UHGV virus genome: UHGV-0382861
Length of the DNA: 42,430 bases
Reading direction: 5' to 3' (one strand)
Source: a virus
Under the pieces are notes generated by a model. That model saw only the letters and a list, made by a program, of their open reading frames with translations. It made no database searches and had not been told where the DNA came from. A program made the translations under genes and the position numbers. This document shows, piece after piece, positions 11,099 through 18,545 of the stretch (the stretch's first letter is position 1; each line of letters opens with the position of its first letter).

Positions 11099-11244
11099 AC
11101 TGCGGTCCTCGCTACAAGGAGAATGAAGGTAATAGCCAGGCCGAACGCAGTAGCGAGGGCCAGACCGGTGAAGATGTCGAAGTGTTTGCGGCGCCAGCGG
11201 AGCACGTCGCGCCCCGTCAGCCGGTGGAGGTGTTCTGGTTTCAT
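11095..11244 (-). CDS. Small (49 aa) single-pass membrane protein, absent from the ORF track
   Basis: ATG at 11244 with an AAGGAG RBS 8 nt upstream. Product [49 protein letters not shown]. Its TGA overlaps the ATG of the next gene (ATGA). Confidence 0.45.
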   Translation of the reverse strand: MKPEHLHRLTGRDVLRWRRKHFDIFTGLALATAFGLAITFILLVARTAV

Positions 11245-11302
11245 CGGTAGTGCTCCTTTTCATGTCGGGGAGCGCACTGCATCGAATGCGCTTTCAGGTA
11301 TG

Positions 11303-11328
11303 AAAAAAGCCCGTCATGGGAGGCGGGC
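11303..11328 (-). terminator. Intrinsic terminator inside the early-left operon (tL1-like)
   Basis: Minus strand reads GCCCG-N10-CGGGC followed by TTTTTT. It sits between the first small gene and the rest of the operon. Confidence 0.45.
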
Positions 11329-11354
11329 AAAGACTACACACAGCAATGGATGAT

Positions 11355-11555
11355 TCAGAGGATGGGTGTTATGGCTAACGGGCGGATTGTGTATCCATAA
11401 CCGAGATAGCCGTTGCGTTCCTGATAAGCCGCCGCTCTTATTCGAGCGGAGTTTTCGCCTTTAACGGTCGCAACGACGTAATCAGTCGCGTCGGGTCCGT
11501 TTTCTACCACTTCAAAAGTCGGCAAGTATTTTGTTGTGAGCCCATAGGTATTCAT
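11355..11555 (-). CDS. Hypothetical 66-aa protein, first gene of the early-left operon
   Basis: ATG at 11555 with a GGGGAG RBS (MNTYGLTTKYL...). The track's longer start at 11621 lacks an RBS. Confidence 0.45.
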   Translation of the reverse strand: MNTYGLTTKYLPTFEVVENGPDATDYVVATVKGENSARIRAAAYQERNGYLGYGYTIRPLAITPIL

Positions 11556-11763
11556 TTCAGTACTCCCCAGTGGATTAGTAAAAGGCCCGAAGCCTTTGAT
11601 TAATTCACTGCGCCCCATCATCGGGGCGTTTCAATTTGCGTGACTTATCAGCTCGTCGCGGTGTGGTCCTCTACGCTTACCGTACGCATACGGACTCAGC
11701 GCTTACCTCGATCCCATCGGGTGCCATTTCGTTTTGCCAGGAGCACAGCGGCTTACCTGTCAC

Positions 11764-11776
11764 GCGGTTCTGTTTG
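11764..11776 (-). promoter_or_regulatory. boxA-like element (CGCTCTTTAACAA) in the early-left leader
   Basis: Minus-strand CGCTCTTTAACAA matches the rrn/lambda nut boxA consensus GCTCTTTAACAA at 12/12, about 30 nt downstream of the predicted start site. Confidence 0.4.
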
Positions 11777-11802
11777 TTAAAGAGCGATATTACAAAATGC
11801 AT

Positions 11803-11838
11803 TATCTATGCGATATCGTATTTATATGCGTAACGGGA
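11803..11838 (-). promoter_or_regulatory. Sigma70 early-left promoter (PL analogue)
   Basis: Minus strand TTGACA (11838..11833), 17-bp spacer, TATAAA (11815..11810). Overlapped by the near-palindrome ATGCGATATCGTAT (11797..11810). Confidence 0.55.
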
Positions 11839-11857
11839 TTTTGTGTCAATGCGAAAA

Positions 11858-11891
11858 TGAATTATTTTGCAAATAAGAAAACCGCCCCTGT
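11858..11891 (-). terminator. Intrinsic terminator downstream of cI
   Basis: Minus strand AACCGC-N11-GCGGTT followed by TTTTCTTATTT. Confidence 0.45.
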
Positions 11892-11933
11892 GGAGAGCGG
11901 TTTAGTTAGAAGAGCAGTGTCTGACCGTGGGGT

Positions 11934-12608
11934 TTAGTACATGCGTAGTGCAGACTTGGCGATCCCCGCCACGTAATGGATTTTCTCGATGTTTTCGCGC
12001 GATACTCTGACAGGCGGATGATCTTCGTTTACTGACATGAGATGGAAGAGGCCATCGCGTTCGAACAGGAAGGTTTTAACCATTACCTCGCCGTCCTGGG
12101 TAACCACAAGTACTTCATCACCCGGAGCGTAGTCGTGGTTTGGTTCGACTATTACGAACTCACCCTCTTTGATTCTTGGCATCATTGAATCGCCAACACA
12201 TTTCAGGGCGTACGCATCTTCATCCTTTGTCGGCCAGTATATAAAGCCATCACTACTACCTACTGAATACTGGGTGTCGCTCCAAAGTCCTCCTACGCCT
12301 AGCTGAGTGTTTCCCAAAACAGGTACTTTATTAAACCTAAGAGAAATATAAGTTTTTATACCTGTGTCGTCCTCTTTTTCCATCTCCTGAAGGCTCCTTT
12401 CTGCCAGGTCTATTGGTGACACACGGAAGTAGTCGGCGATCTGCTTTAGCGTTGCGTATTTCGGGTCTTTCACCTCTCCTGAAACGAGCCTGTGTAGCGT
12501 TGGTTGGTTCAGCTGTAACCGACGTGCCAGCTCAGTTATCGAACTTATCTTGGCTTTGTCCATCAGATACTTGATGTTTTGAGAGAGGATATCGGTAGTT
12601 TCAATCAT
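11934..12608 (-). CDS. cI: CI-like repressor (XRE HTH plus S24 LexA-type autopeptidase)
   Basis: 224 aa. N-terminal HTH 'ITELARRLQLNQPTLHRLVSG', C-terminal S24 domain with 'GDSM' Ser and 'VKTF' Lys. Confidence 0.85.
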   Translation of the reverse strand: MIETTDILSQNIKYLMDKAKISSITELARRLQLNQPTLHRLVSGEVKDPKYATLKQIADYFRVSPIDLAERSLQEMEKEDDTGIKTYISLRFNKVPVLGNTQLGVGGLWSDTQYSVGSSDGFIYWPTKDEDAYALKCVGDSMMPRIKEGEFVIVEPNHDYAPGDEVLVVTQDGEVMVKTFLFERDGLFHLMSVNEDHPPVRVSRENIEKIHYVAGIAKSALRMY

Positions 12609-12749
12609 TTGGATTCATCCATGTTGTAGACAGGGACGGTGATTATGCGTTATCGGATATTTTAATCCAGGTTGATATAGCATTGCTGTATTGCTGAATA
12701 ATCCGTTTTCGTATAGATTTGCTCTATAGACGAAAGCGGAGACTTAAAT
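12609..12749. promoter_or_regulatory. Divergent operator/promoter region (OR, PRM/PR) between cI and cro-like gene
   Basis: Near-palindrome ATGCGTTATCGGAT (12645..12658) resembles the PL-overlapping site. Imperfect palindrome TTTTCGTATAGAtttgcTCTATAGACGAAA (12706..12735) lies just upstream of the cro RBS. Confidence 0.5.
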
Positions 12750-12950
12750 ATGTCCGGACTAACACCCCAAGAGATGGTCAAAAGCCTGATTGATTCAGGA
12801 TATACCCAAAGCCAAATTGCTGAAGTTGCAGGCGTGAAGCAGTCTTCTATTAGTAGGCTTCTTACTGGGGTTCATTCTGACCCCCGCTTTTCTACGGTAC
12901 GTGCAATAGAAAAGCTTTTCCAGGAAGTGACTGCCAGACAAAAGGCGTAA
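12750..12950 (+). CDS. Cro-like HTH regulator
   Basis: 66 aa, divergent from cI. HTH 'YTQSQIAEVAGVKQSSISRLL'. GGAG RBS. Confidence 0.7.
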   Translation: MSGLTPQEMVKSLIDSGYTQSQIAEVAGVKQSSISRLLTGVHSDPRFSTVRAIEKLFQEVTARQKA

Positions 12951-12953
12951 CCC

Positions 12954-15122
12954 ATGCCAGAGAAAAAGATCTGGGGGGCAACGCCTGACGAATGGTTCCA
13001 CTTCGATCTGGTGCTGGGGCGTACTGACCAGCTGCTGCCGGTCGTGTGCAACCCGGGCGCCGCCATTTCCCCCGACAGTAAACTGAAAGCGCTGGGCAAG
13101 ACGCCGAGCCGCTATAACCGTGACCGTCTGGTCACCGGCATTGCTCAGTGGACCGAGCACTTCGTAACCGAGCATGACTTTGCCCGCTGGTCGAAAGAAC
13201 CGGATTACGGCATCTGCGTGCGTACAGGTCATGGCTGGCTGGCGCTGGACTGTGACAGCGAAGACGAAGATATCCAGGCCGATATTCGCAAAACGCTGGT
13301 GCAGCTGCTTGGTGAGCTGCCGCCGCGTCGCTGGCGCGCCAACAGCAACAAATGTCTGTACCTGCTGGCCGTTGATGGCGATTTCCGTAAACGCATCCAC
13401 CGCCTGGCGGGCGACATGGGCATTATCGAGCTGCTGGCGAACGGGCAGCAGTTCGTTGCCTGTGGTACGCACAGCAGCGGCGCACGCATTGAGTGGGACG
13501 GCGGTCTGCCGGATGAACCTCCGGCCGTTACTGCTGACCAGCTCGAAACGCTGTGGCAGCGCCTGGCCGAACAACTACCTGTGGCGGTCACCACCGAAGC
13601 GGGCAGCACGAAGATGCGCGACCGCTCGACGTTCACGCCCGGCGCTACGGATGAGACGGCGGAGTATCTGGACGCCAACGGCTGGACGCTGCTGGACGGC
13701 GCGAACGGCGAGCGATACATCCGCTGCCCGTTTGAGGACGGTCACAGCACCGGCGGCGACCCGACCAGTACGGTTTACTTTCCCGGCGGTACCGCGGGTT
13801 TTGAGCAGGGGCATTTCAAGTGCCTGCACGCCAGCTGCGCGCACCGCGACGACGGCGATTTTCTTAATGCCATCGGGATCCGCAACGACGATTTCGAAGA
13901 CCTGACCAGCACCGAAGTGGCCGAGCCATTACCGCTGCCGGCGTTCGAGCGTGACAAATGGGGCCGCATCGAGGCCACCATCAGCAACGCGGCCAAAGCG
14001 GTAGTGCGTCCTGACTTCGTGGACATCGATATCCGCTTTGACCAGTTCCGCGACGAAATCATGTTTGCGCCGGCAGGCTCCGGCCAGTGGCAGGCGTTCA
14101 CCGATGCGGATTATGCGCGCCTGCGCATCACGATGGAAAAGCGCGGCTTTAAGCCTGTCGGACGAGAGCTGATACGCGACGTAGTGCTGCTGGCCGCTGA
14201 CGAACAGCCGTTCGACTCAGCGACTACCTGGCTTAACGGGCTGGAGTGGGACGGCGTGCCGCGCATCGAAACTTTCTACCACACGCACTTCGGTACCGCC
14301 GACACGCCATACACCCGGGCGGTGTCCATGTACATGTGGACGGCACTGGCGGGCAGGGTGCTTGAGCCTGGCGTTAAAGCCGATATGGTGCCAATCCTCG
14401 TCGGCCCGCAGGGCTGCGGGAAGTCCTCCGGCGTGGAGGCGCTGAGCCCCGACCCGGCGTTCTTCACTGAGATATCGTTTGCTGAGAAAGACGACGACCT
14501 GGCGCGCAAGATGCGCGGGCGTCTGGTGGCGGAGATTGGCGAGCTCCGCGGCCTGAATACCAAAGAGCTGGAATCCATCAAGGCATTCGTGACGCGTACG
14601 CATGAGAACTGGATCCCTAAGTATCGTGAGTTCGCCACCCAGTTCCCGCGTCGTCTGGTATTCGTCGGTACCACCAATGAGGACGAGTTCCTCGCGGATA
14701 AGACCGGTAACCGCCGCTGGCTCCCCGTGGAGGTGTCGAAAGTAAACGTGAAAGCGATAAAAACCGACCTCCTTTTGCTCTGGGCTGAGGCCCGCGAGAC
14801 GTTTAAGCGCCTCGGTGGCATCCAGTTCCGTGATGCTGAGCGGCTCGGTGCGAGTGTCCATGAGCAGTACACCATTAAGGACGCGTGGCTCGAGACGGTC
14901 GAGAAATGGCTCGACACACCTGACCTGATGACTAACGACATTCCGCGAAATTGCGAATTTTTACGCGCTAGTGACGTTCTGCGTGATGCGATTGGCTTAA
15001 ATCCAAGTCACATCGGAAAACGCGAAGAAATGCGAATTAGCAATGTTTTGCAAAATTGCGGATATAAGCGCGTTCAGCGTCGTGTCGACGGGAAAGTGTT
15101 GAAGGTTTGGACGGCAACGTAA
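12954..15122 (+). CDS. Replicative primase/helicase (N-terminal prim-pol plus Zn-binding region, C-terminal VirE/D5-type P-loop NTPase)
   Basis: 722 aa. Cys/His cluster 'RCPFEDGHSTGG...HFKCLHASCAH'. Walker A 'VGPQGCGKSS', Walker B 'LVFVGTTNEDE'. Confidence 0.8.
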   Translation: MPEKKIWGATPDEWFHFDLVLGRTDQLLPVVCNPGAAISPDSKLKALGKTPSRYNRDRLVTGIAQWTEHFVTEHDFARWSKEPDYGICVRTGHGWLALDCDSEDEDIQADIRKTLVQLLGELPPRRWRANSNKCLYLLAVDGDFRKRIHRLAGDMGIIELLANGQQFVACGTHSSGARIEWDGGLPDEPPAVTADQLETLWQRLAEQLPVAVTTEAGSTKMRDRSTFTPGATDETAEYLDANGWTLLDGANGERYIRCPFEDGHSTGGDPTSTVYFPGGTAGFEQGHFKCLHASCAHRDDGDFLNAIGIRNDDFEDLTSTEVAEPLPLPAFERDKWGRIEATISNAAKAVVRPDFVDIDIRFDQFRDEIMFAPAGSGQWQAFTDADYARLRITMEKRGFKPVGRELIRDVVLLAADEQPFDSATTWLNGLEWDGVPRIETFYHTHFGTADTPYTRAVSMYMWTALAGRVLEPGVKADMVPILVGPQGCGKSSGVEALSPDPAFFTEISFAEKDDDLARKMRGRLVAEIGELRGLNTKELESIKAFVTRTHENWIPKYREFATQFPRRLVFVGTTNEDEFLADKTGNRRWLPVEVSKVNVKAIKTDLLLLWAEARETFKRLGGIQFRDAERLGASVHEQYTIKDAWLETVEKWLDTPDLMTNDIPRNCEFLRASDVLRDAIGLNPSHIGKREEMRISNVLQNCGYKRVQRRVDGKVLKVWTAT

Positions 15123-15297
15123 CCACCTGTAACCACCTCAGCGCCGTAGGTGGTTACGTTTTAACTAATTGAATTTAAAGGCATGTATCCACTGTATCCA
15201 CTGTATCCACCTTCTTACTAAGAACCCCATATATATATATAAGTCGTTCAGGGAAAGGTTAGAAAGATGGTGGATACAGTGGTTACAGGTGGATACA
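15119..15297. promoter_or_regulatory. Putative replication origin: iterons, AT-rich tract and flanking inverted repeats
   Basis: Three perfect tandem TGTATCCAC at 15184..15210. (AT)n tract 15225..15242. Two inverted copies GTGGATACA at 15270..15278 and 15289..15297. 14-bp inverted repeat CCACCTGTAACCAC (15123..15136 versus 15279..15292). Hairpin GTAACCACC/GGTGGTTAC at 15129..15157. Confidence 0.5.
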
Positions 15298-15427
15298 CGC
15301 CCAACATGTAATTTTTTGCACGTAACAGCGTGCAATACACAAATTGGGACCGCGTTATCCACACCCACGGAGAGGCGGACGCGGTTCCCTGAAAATTTTT
15401 TCGTAGCAAAACGTAGAGGTCAGAGCT

Positions 15428-15862
15428 ATGCGTAATATTCAACAGGTTTTAGAGCGCTGGGGTGGCTGGGCTGCCGATAGCAACACCGCGGTGAGCTGGG
15501 CGCCAATAGCTGCTGGGTTTAAGGGACTGGTGGTCAGCAGTTCGTCCAGCAGGCTGAGTTGCTGCGATGACGACGGGCTGGTTATTGATGCCTGCGTCTG
15601 TCGTCTGCAGCAGGTCCGCAAGCCCGAGGAGCTGGACGTCATAATGCTGTACTACGTCTACGGGTTGACCAAGCGTGAGATAGGGCGGCGGCGTCGCTGT
15701 TCTGAGGGATTTATCCGCCAGCAGTTGCAGGTAGCAGAGGGATTCATAGAGGGGTGTCTCTGCATGCTGGGCGTGAGACTTCAGATGGATCCTGAGGTCG
15801 AAATTCAAAGGGATGAAAAAAGTATTAGTGCGCTACGCAAAAACTGCGCTACGCTGGTATGA
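15428..15862 (+). CDS. Late-gene antiterminator Q (QuuD/Phage_antitermQ family)
   Basis: 144 aa. 'MRNIQQVLERWGGWAA...IAAGFKGL...CCDDDG' closely follows the QuuD-type Q N-terminus as remembered. AGAGG RBS. Confidence 0.7.
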   Translation: MRNIQQVLERWGGWAADSNTAVSWAPIAAGFKGLVVSSSSSRLSCCDDDGLVIDACVCRLQQVRKPEELDVIMLYYVYGLTKREIGRRRRCSEGFIRQQLQVAEGFIEGCLCMLGVRLQMDPEVEIQRDEKSISALRKNCATLV

Positions 15863-15887
15863 GTTGAATTTCTGACCTCAACGAAGA

Positions 15888-15911
15888 GGCTCCTGCGAGG
15901 GGGCCTTTTTT
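15888..15911 (+). terminator. Intrinsic terminator 26 nt after Q (tR'-like)
   Basis: GGCTCC-tgcgag-GGGGCC (one G-U pair) followed by TTTTTT. Confidence 0.5.
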
Positions 15912-16146
15912 CTTACCCCGTTCAGGGGAAAAGTTAATAAAACAGGATTTTCACTGCGAAAAAACGCTATGCAATTTGCCCCCTGTTTTATGCACGATTT
16001 ATTCACTCATTTTTGTTCGTTTCGTACAGCTTATCTTGCGTAAACACGCCTTTCGCCGCGAATCCGTGGTGAGTGCCGATCGCGTAGTACCGATAACGTA
16101 CATTATGTTAAATCAGGCCGTTTTTTAACAAATTATGGGGGTTGGG

Positions 16147-16698
16147 ATGGATGTGGCAATCATCTGCGCTTCAGGACCCTCTCTCACTATCGCGGACTGC
16201 GCTGCGGCATGCCGTTCTGGCCTCCCGGTCATCGCGGTTAACTCATCATGGCGTGCGGCACCGGGTTGTACTCACATCTACGCGGGTGACCTTCGCTGGT
16301 GGGATATTAACATCCCCGCACTACCTGATGGGCCTGAGCGCTGGACATGCAACCGCAGGGCGCACACCAGGCATGGTCTGAACCTGTTCCCGACTGATAC
16401 CACTGGCACCTTCAATTCAGGGCAGAGGGCGATTCTGTTTGCCCACTGGCTGGGTGCAAAGCGCATCATCCTGCTGGGCTTCGACTGCTCCATCACAAAT
16501 GGCAGCCACTGGCATGGGGACCACACCTGCCTGGACAACCCGACTGCGGCGAACGTGAAGCGCTGGCACGGTGAGTTTGCTCGCGTCGCGCAGCTGCTTC
16601 GCGGGAAGGTCAATATCGTCAACAGCAGCCGCCAGACGGCGCTTAACTGCTTTCGGCGTCAGTCACTCGACGAGGCGCTACGCGAGGCCACATGCTGA
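16147..16698 (+). CDS. GPSL-motif Rossmann protein, DUF115 (Maf/MptE-like) or GT42 sialyltransferase-like putative glycosyltransferase
   Basis: 'VAIICASGPSLT' resembles 'VIIAGNGPSLK' of CstII and DUF115 proteins. 'IILLGFDC' resembles CstII 'IYLSGIDFY'. Alternative ATG at 16135. Confidence 0.45.
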   Translation: MDVAIICASGPSLTIADCAAACRSGLPVIAVNSSWRAAPGCTHIYAGDLRWWDINIPALPDGPERWTCNRRAHTRHGLNLFPTDTTGTFNSGQRAILFAHWLGAKRIILLGFDCSITNGSHWHGDHTCLDNPTAANVKRWHGEFARVAQLLRGKVNIVNSSRQTALNCFRRQSLDEALREATC

Positions 16699-17588
16699 AT
16701 GTACCCCTTTTCATTGAGGGCATGCTGGGGATGGGTGACAACATCTACCAGCGTGCTTTCGTCCGCCAGCTGCCAGCTGGCTCGTTTATCAAAACGCCCT
16801 GGCCGGAGCTGTACGAGGATTTACCCGTCTGCCCGGTGCGCAGCAACACGACGCTGAGAACTCAGCGGAAGAACGAGCACCGCACGCAATCGGTATTCCA
16901 CCCGCTGCCAGATATGCGCCAGACAAAGCGCATTTTCTACGGGCCAGACCATCTGCGGCGCGGGTCGATATTCGACGCAATGCGCCAGCAGTTCGGCACG
17001 GAGCCAGCAGCGCTGGATCTCCCTTCCTTCGGCCCTGCGGAGTTTACGCACGAAAAGCCGATTGCGGTCATCCGCCCGGCCACCGTCCGATCAGAATGGC
17101 GCAGTGATTCGCGCAATCCGGACCCTGATTACCTGCTGAAGGCTTCCCGCATCCTGCGTAAGCATTTCTGCGTGATCAGCGTGGCCGATTTGCAGGACGG
17201 CGAGGAATGGGCCGTCGGCGAGCTGCCAGAAGCTGATCTGCGGCTTCATGGTGGTGAGCTTGGTTTCAAATCGCTGATGCGCCTTGTTGAGCATGCTGCT
17301 GTGGTGGTAACGCCTGTTGGCTGGGCGCTGCCCGCAGCGATTGCCTACAAAACACCTGTCTACGTTGTAGCGGGCGGGCGTGGCGGGCACAACGCCCCGG
17401 AAATCGTAACCGATCCGGCGATGGACCTTTCTCGTGTTGGCTGGGCAATTCCCGACAATTACTGCCGCTGTGAAGAGTGGGACCACCACTGTGACAAGCG
17501 GATCTCCAATTTCACTAACAAATTCGAGGCCTGGCTCCATGAAGTCGTTTTATCAGGAACTGGAACGCGGGCTGGTGTTTCTGCCTGA
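16692..17588 (+). CDS. Glycosyltransferase family 9-like (heptosyltransferase / BAHT-like)
   Basis: N-terminal 'GMLGMGDNIYQRAFVRQL' resembles GT9 'SLGDVIHTLPALRAL'. C-terminal 'LHGGELGFKSLMRLVEHAAVVVTPVGWALPAAIAYKTPVYVVAG' resembles GT9 'LAGKTSLRELAALIAGARLFVGNDSGPMHLAAALGTPTVALFG'. Confidence 0.5.
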   Translation: MLNVPLFIEGMLGMGDNIYQRAFVRQLPAGSFIKTPWPELYEDLPVCPVRSNTTLRTQRKNEHRTQSVFHPLPDMRQTKRIFYGPDHLRRGSIFDAMRQQFGTEPAALDLPSFGPAEFTHEKPIAVIRPATVRSEWRSDSRNPDPDYLLKASRILRKHFCVISVADLQDGEEWAVGELPEADLRLHGGELGFKSLMRLVEHAAVVVTPVGWALPAAIAYKTPVYVVAGGRGGHNAPEIVTDPAMDLSRVGWAIPDNYCRCEEWDHHCDKRISNFTNKFEAWLHEVVLSGTGTRAGVSA

Positions 17589-18153
17589 GCTGGGGATCGG
17601 TCGATATCCGGTACCGCCAGCTAGGCCGTATAACTCGCAATATTTTGCTAAGTATCAGGCTTATGCAGATACGGAGACCGGTCGTGCGCTCACGCAGGCG
17701 CGTATCGATCTTGTGGCGCGGCATTACAGCGGTCTGGTACTCGATGTGGGAATCGGGGCCGGACAGTTCGTGTCCACGCGAGCAGAAACGGTGGGCTACG
17801 ACGTTAACCCTGCTGGGGTCTCCTGGCTGAAAGATAACGGATGTTTCGTTGACCTCTACGCTGAGGGGGCTCCGGCCCTGACATTCTGGGATAGCCTGGA
17901 GCACATCGACGACCCGGTTTGTGCAGTTCAGCAGGCCGGACAGTTCGTGTTTGTCTCTATCCCGATTTTCAAAGATGCCGAAGACATTCTGGCATCACAC
18001 CACTACAAGAAAGACGAGCATATCTGGTACTTCACCGATGAGGGCTTGCGGCGCTGGTTTGCGGAGCAGGGCTTCGAATGTGTGGAGCACAACGAGATCG
18101 AGTGCGAGCTCGGGCGCAAAGGGGTTGGTACTTACGCTTTCAAGCGTTTCTGA
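17539..18153 (+). CDS. Class I SAM-dependent methyltransferase
   Basis: Motif I 'VLDVGIGAG', post-I 'GYDV', 'FWDSLEHI'. Start tentatively ATG 17539 (50-nt overlap with the upstream gene); a GTG at about 17575 is possible. Confidence 0.6.
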   Translation: MKSFYQELERGLVFLPELGIGRYPVPPARPYNSQYFAKYQAYADTETGRALTQARIDLVARHYSGLVLDVGIGAGQFVSTRAETVGYDVNPAGVSWLKDNGCFVDLYAEGAPALTFWDSLEHIDDPVCAVQQAGQFVFVSIPIFKDAEDILASHHYKKDEHIWYFTDEGLRRWFAEQGFECVEHNEIECELGRKGVGTYAFKRF

Positions 18154-18168
18154 GTTGACCCTCATTTT

Positions 18169-18192
18169 GCCCGCTTCGGCGGGCGCTTTTTT
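18169..18192 (+). terminator. Strong intrinsic terminator between the methyltransferase gene and holin
   Basis: GCCCGC-TTCG-GCGGGC followed by GC and TTTTTT. Confidence 0.7.
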
Positions 18193-18224
18193 ACATCACA
18201 GCACCCCGACCCCGGAGGTGTGGA

Positions 18225-18545
18225 ATGCAACGTATGAACCCAACAAATGGACATGACCTGCCGTACTGGTGGTCAGCTGCTTTAGGGTTGTTCTCTTTGC
18301 TTAGCCTGCAGGATTACGTATTTATTATCGGTGCCCTCGTATCGGCGTTTTTCACGATAAAAACCTATTACGCAAAACGCAAAGAAGAGCGTGAGCGTAT
18401 GGCAGAGGAAAGAAAAAGAACCCAGCTGCTGGCGAACTATCTATCTGATGTAGGTAAAAAACCCCACTCCGATCGTCCGGCTGCAGCCGAGGTTGTAACG
18501 GGGGCTATGCGGAGAATTTCCAGTGGCACAATTGAAACTGAGTAA
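18225..18545 (+). CDS. Holin (two TM segments) with dual-start motif
   Basis: GGAGG RBS. 'MQRM' with Met1 and Met4 gives a lambda S105/S107-like antiholin/holin pair. TM1 'WWSAALGLFSLLSL', TM2 'VFIIGALVSAFFTI'. Charged C-terminus. Confidence 0.65.
   Translation: MQRMNPTNGHDLPYWWSAALGLFSLLSLQDYVFIIGALVSAFFTIKTYYAKRKEERERMAEERKRTQLLANYLSDVGKKPHSDRPAAAEVVTGAMRRISSGTIETE

Noticed and set aside
11601-11635. Plus-strand hairpin-plus-T-run (CGCCCC-ATCATC-GGGGCG then TTTCAATTT) as a terminator
   Set aside because: No plus-strand transcription unit exists upstream. In the minus-strand orientation it lacks a U-tract and is better read as a leader (boxB-like) structure of the early-left operon.
12795-14941. 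Several 160-260-aa minus-strand ORFs (12795..13574, 13229..13720, 14217..14861, 14276..14941) and a plus-strand 243-aa ORF (13174..13905) inside the primase/helicase gene
   Set aside because: They are antisense or alternate-frame shadows of a high-GC gene, with no RBSs and Arg/Ser/Ala-rich low-complexity translations. The 722-aa plus-strand frame carries clear Walker motifs.
15184-15297. Possible CRISPR-like repeat array
   Set aside because: The repeats are 9-bp contiguous iterons plus inverted copies flanking an AT tract. There are no spacers and no cas genes. Origin-like architecture fits better.
15316-15335. 7-bp perfect hairpin TTGCACG-TAACAG-CGTGCAA upstream of Q as a terminator
   Set aside because: No U-tract on either strand. 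It could be a protein-binding site or an RNA processing element, but there is nothing to support a call.
15950-16030. 24-codon ORF (MQFAPCFMHDLFTHFCSFRTAYLA) in the post-Q gap
   Set aside because: No RBS and very short; it is most likely chance.
15863-16146. Late promoter (PR'/qut) or a tRNA gene in the 280-bp gap after Q
   Set aside because: No convincing -35/-10 pair and no tRNA T-arm signature (GGTTCGAATCC-like). The only clear element is the hairpin-T6 terminator at 15888..15911. The late promoter may lie within the 3' end of Q, but I could not place it.
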